Position numbers and translations under genes: made by a program. A stretch of DNA of 64,000 nucleotides from Lytechinus pictus (Eukaryota). The stretch lies in the NCBI RefSeq assembly GCF_037042905.1, contig NC_087252.1, positions 7,876,001 through 7,940,000 on the forward strand. The letters run 5' to 3'. Below are positions 63,287-64,000 of the stretch, in pieces. How positions within the stretch are numbered: the first letter of the stretch is position 1; each line of letters opens with the position of its first letter. The notes beneath the pieces were generated by a model. The model saw only the letters and a list, made by a program, of their open reading frames with translations, was not told where the DNA came from and did no database searches.

Positions 63287-64000
63287 GATATTCACATTCA
63301 AATAATAATGAAATAATGTTTGATATGTTTGAGCGCATAGTATGTCTGCCTTATACGACCCACCATTAAGCGTAGCACCATGTGTCATCTACTGTAGATG
63401 AACCTAAATATTGAATAACTCAGTTTGCATGGTTTTTCGGATGAAATCTATCATTTCATAAAGATATTTTTCTGTAATGTTTACACACTTAAAAAAAACT
63501 ATTAATTTGTGATATCTGATGCCCGTTTCCCACAAATTCAATTTAATTTCATTACATATATTTCTCAGTCCGAAAACTACTCTCACAGCACTGGACAATT
63601 ACCACAAGTACGATGTCGACTCATGATTAATGTGTTATTTCAAAAATGGAGTTGAAAATCCAGGTTTATTCTTCTGCTATATATTTTGCGAATGAACGCC
63701 TTGTTTTGCTAGAACATAATATATTTCTTTCAATGTAATGATTGTCTATAAGTATGCAGGAAATTTTATTAACAAGATCAAAGATCCAAACTGACACACA
63801 CGCAACCACACACACCCACACCCGCTCACATGACTGCTCTTATTACACGAGCACTCATTCTCGCTCCCAACGAAACAAAACAAAATACACATACGGGTGT
63901 GTGTATCTCCCAGAAGTGAAAGATACTCATTCTCTATCTACATGATCTATACATACGCATTATACACCCTCTGTGTGTCCCACACTCACACAAACTTACC

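Overview
AT-rich eukaryotic (animal) genomic DNA dominated by transposable elements and simple repeats. The repeat landscape resembles a marine invertebrate such as a sea urchin; this is inference only. Main content: (1) a full-length Tx1-clade (L1 group) non-LTR retrotransposon with two intact ORFs at 18673-24477, sitting exactly inside a (TTTC)n microsatellite and resembling the microsatellite-targeting Kibi/Koshi families; (2) a near-intact L2/Crack/Daphne-like LINE (ORF2 10373-13486, one premature stop, (TTTGAA)n tail); (3) the first coding exon of a CYP2-clan cytochrome P450 (37225-37696), with no further exon recognised in the remaining ~26 kb; (4) a Helentron-associated (HINE/DINE-like) element at 52362-53349 whose ~163-bp tandem repeats carry perfect DR1 nuclear-receptor motifs; (5) two tRNA-derived SINEs, many MITEs (Harbinger-, hAT-, CACTA- and Kolobok-like, some nested or chained) and several truncated LINE 3' ends sharing a stem-loop. 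Most short ORFs in the track are spurious products of low-complexity sequence. All family assignments come from motif recognition by eye, not from database searches.
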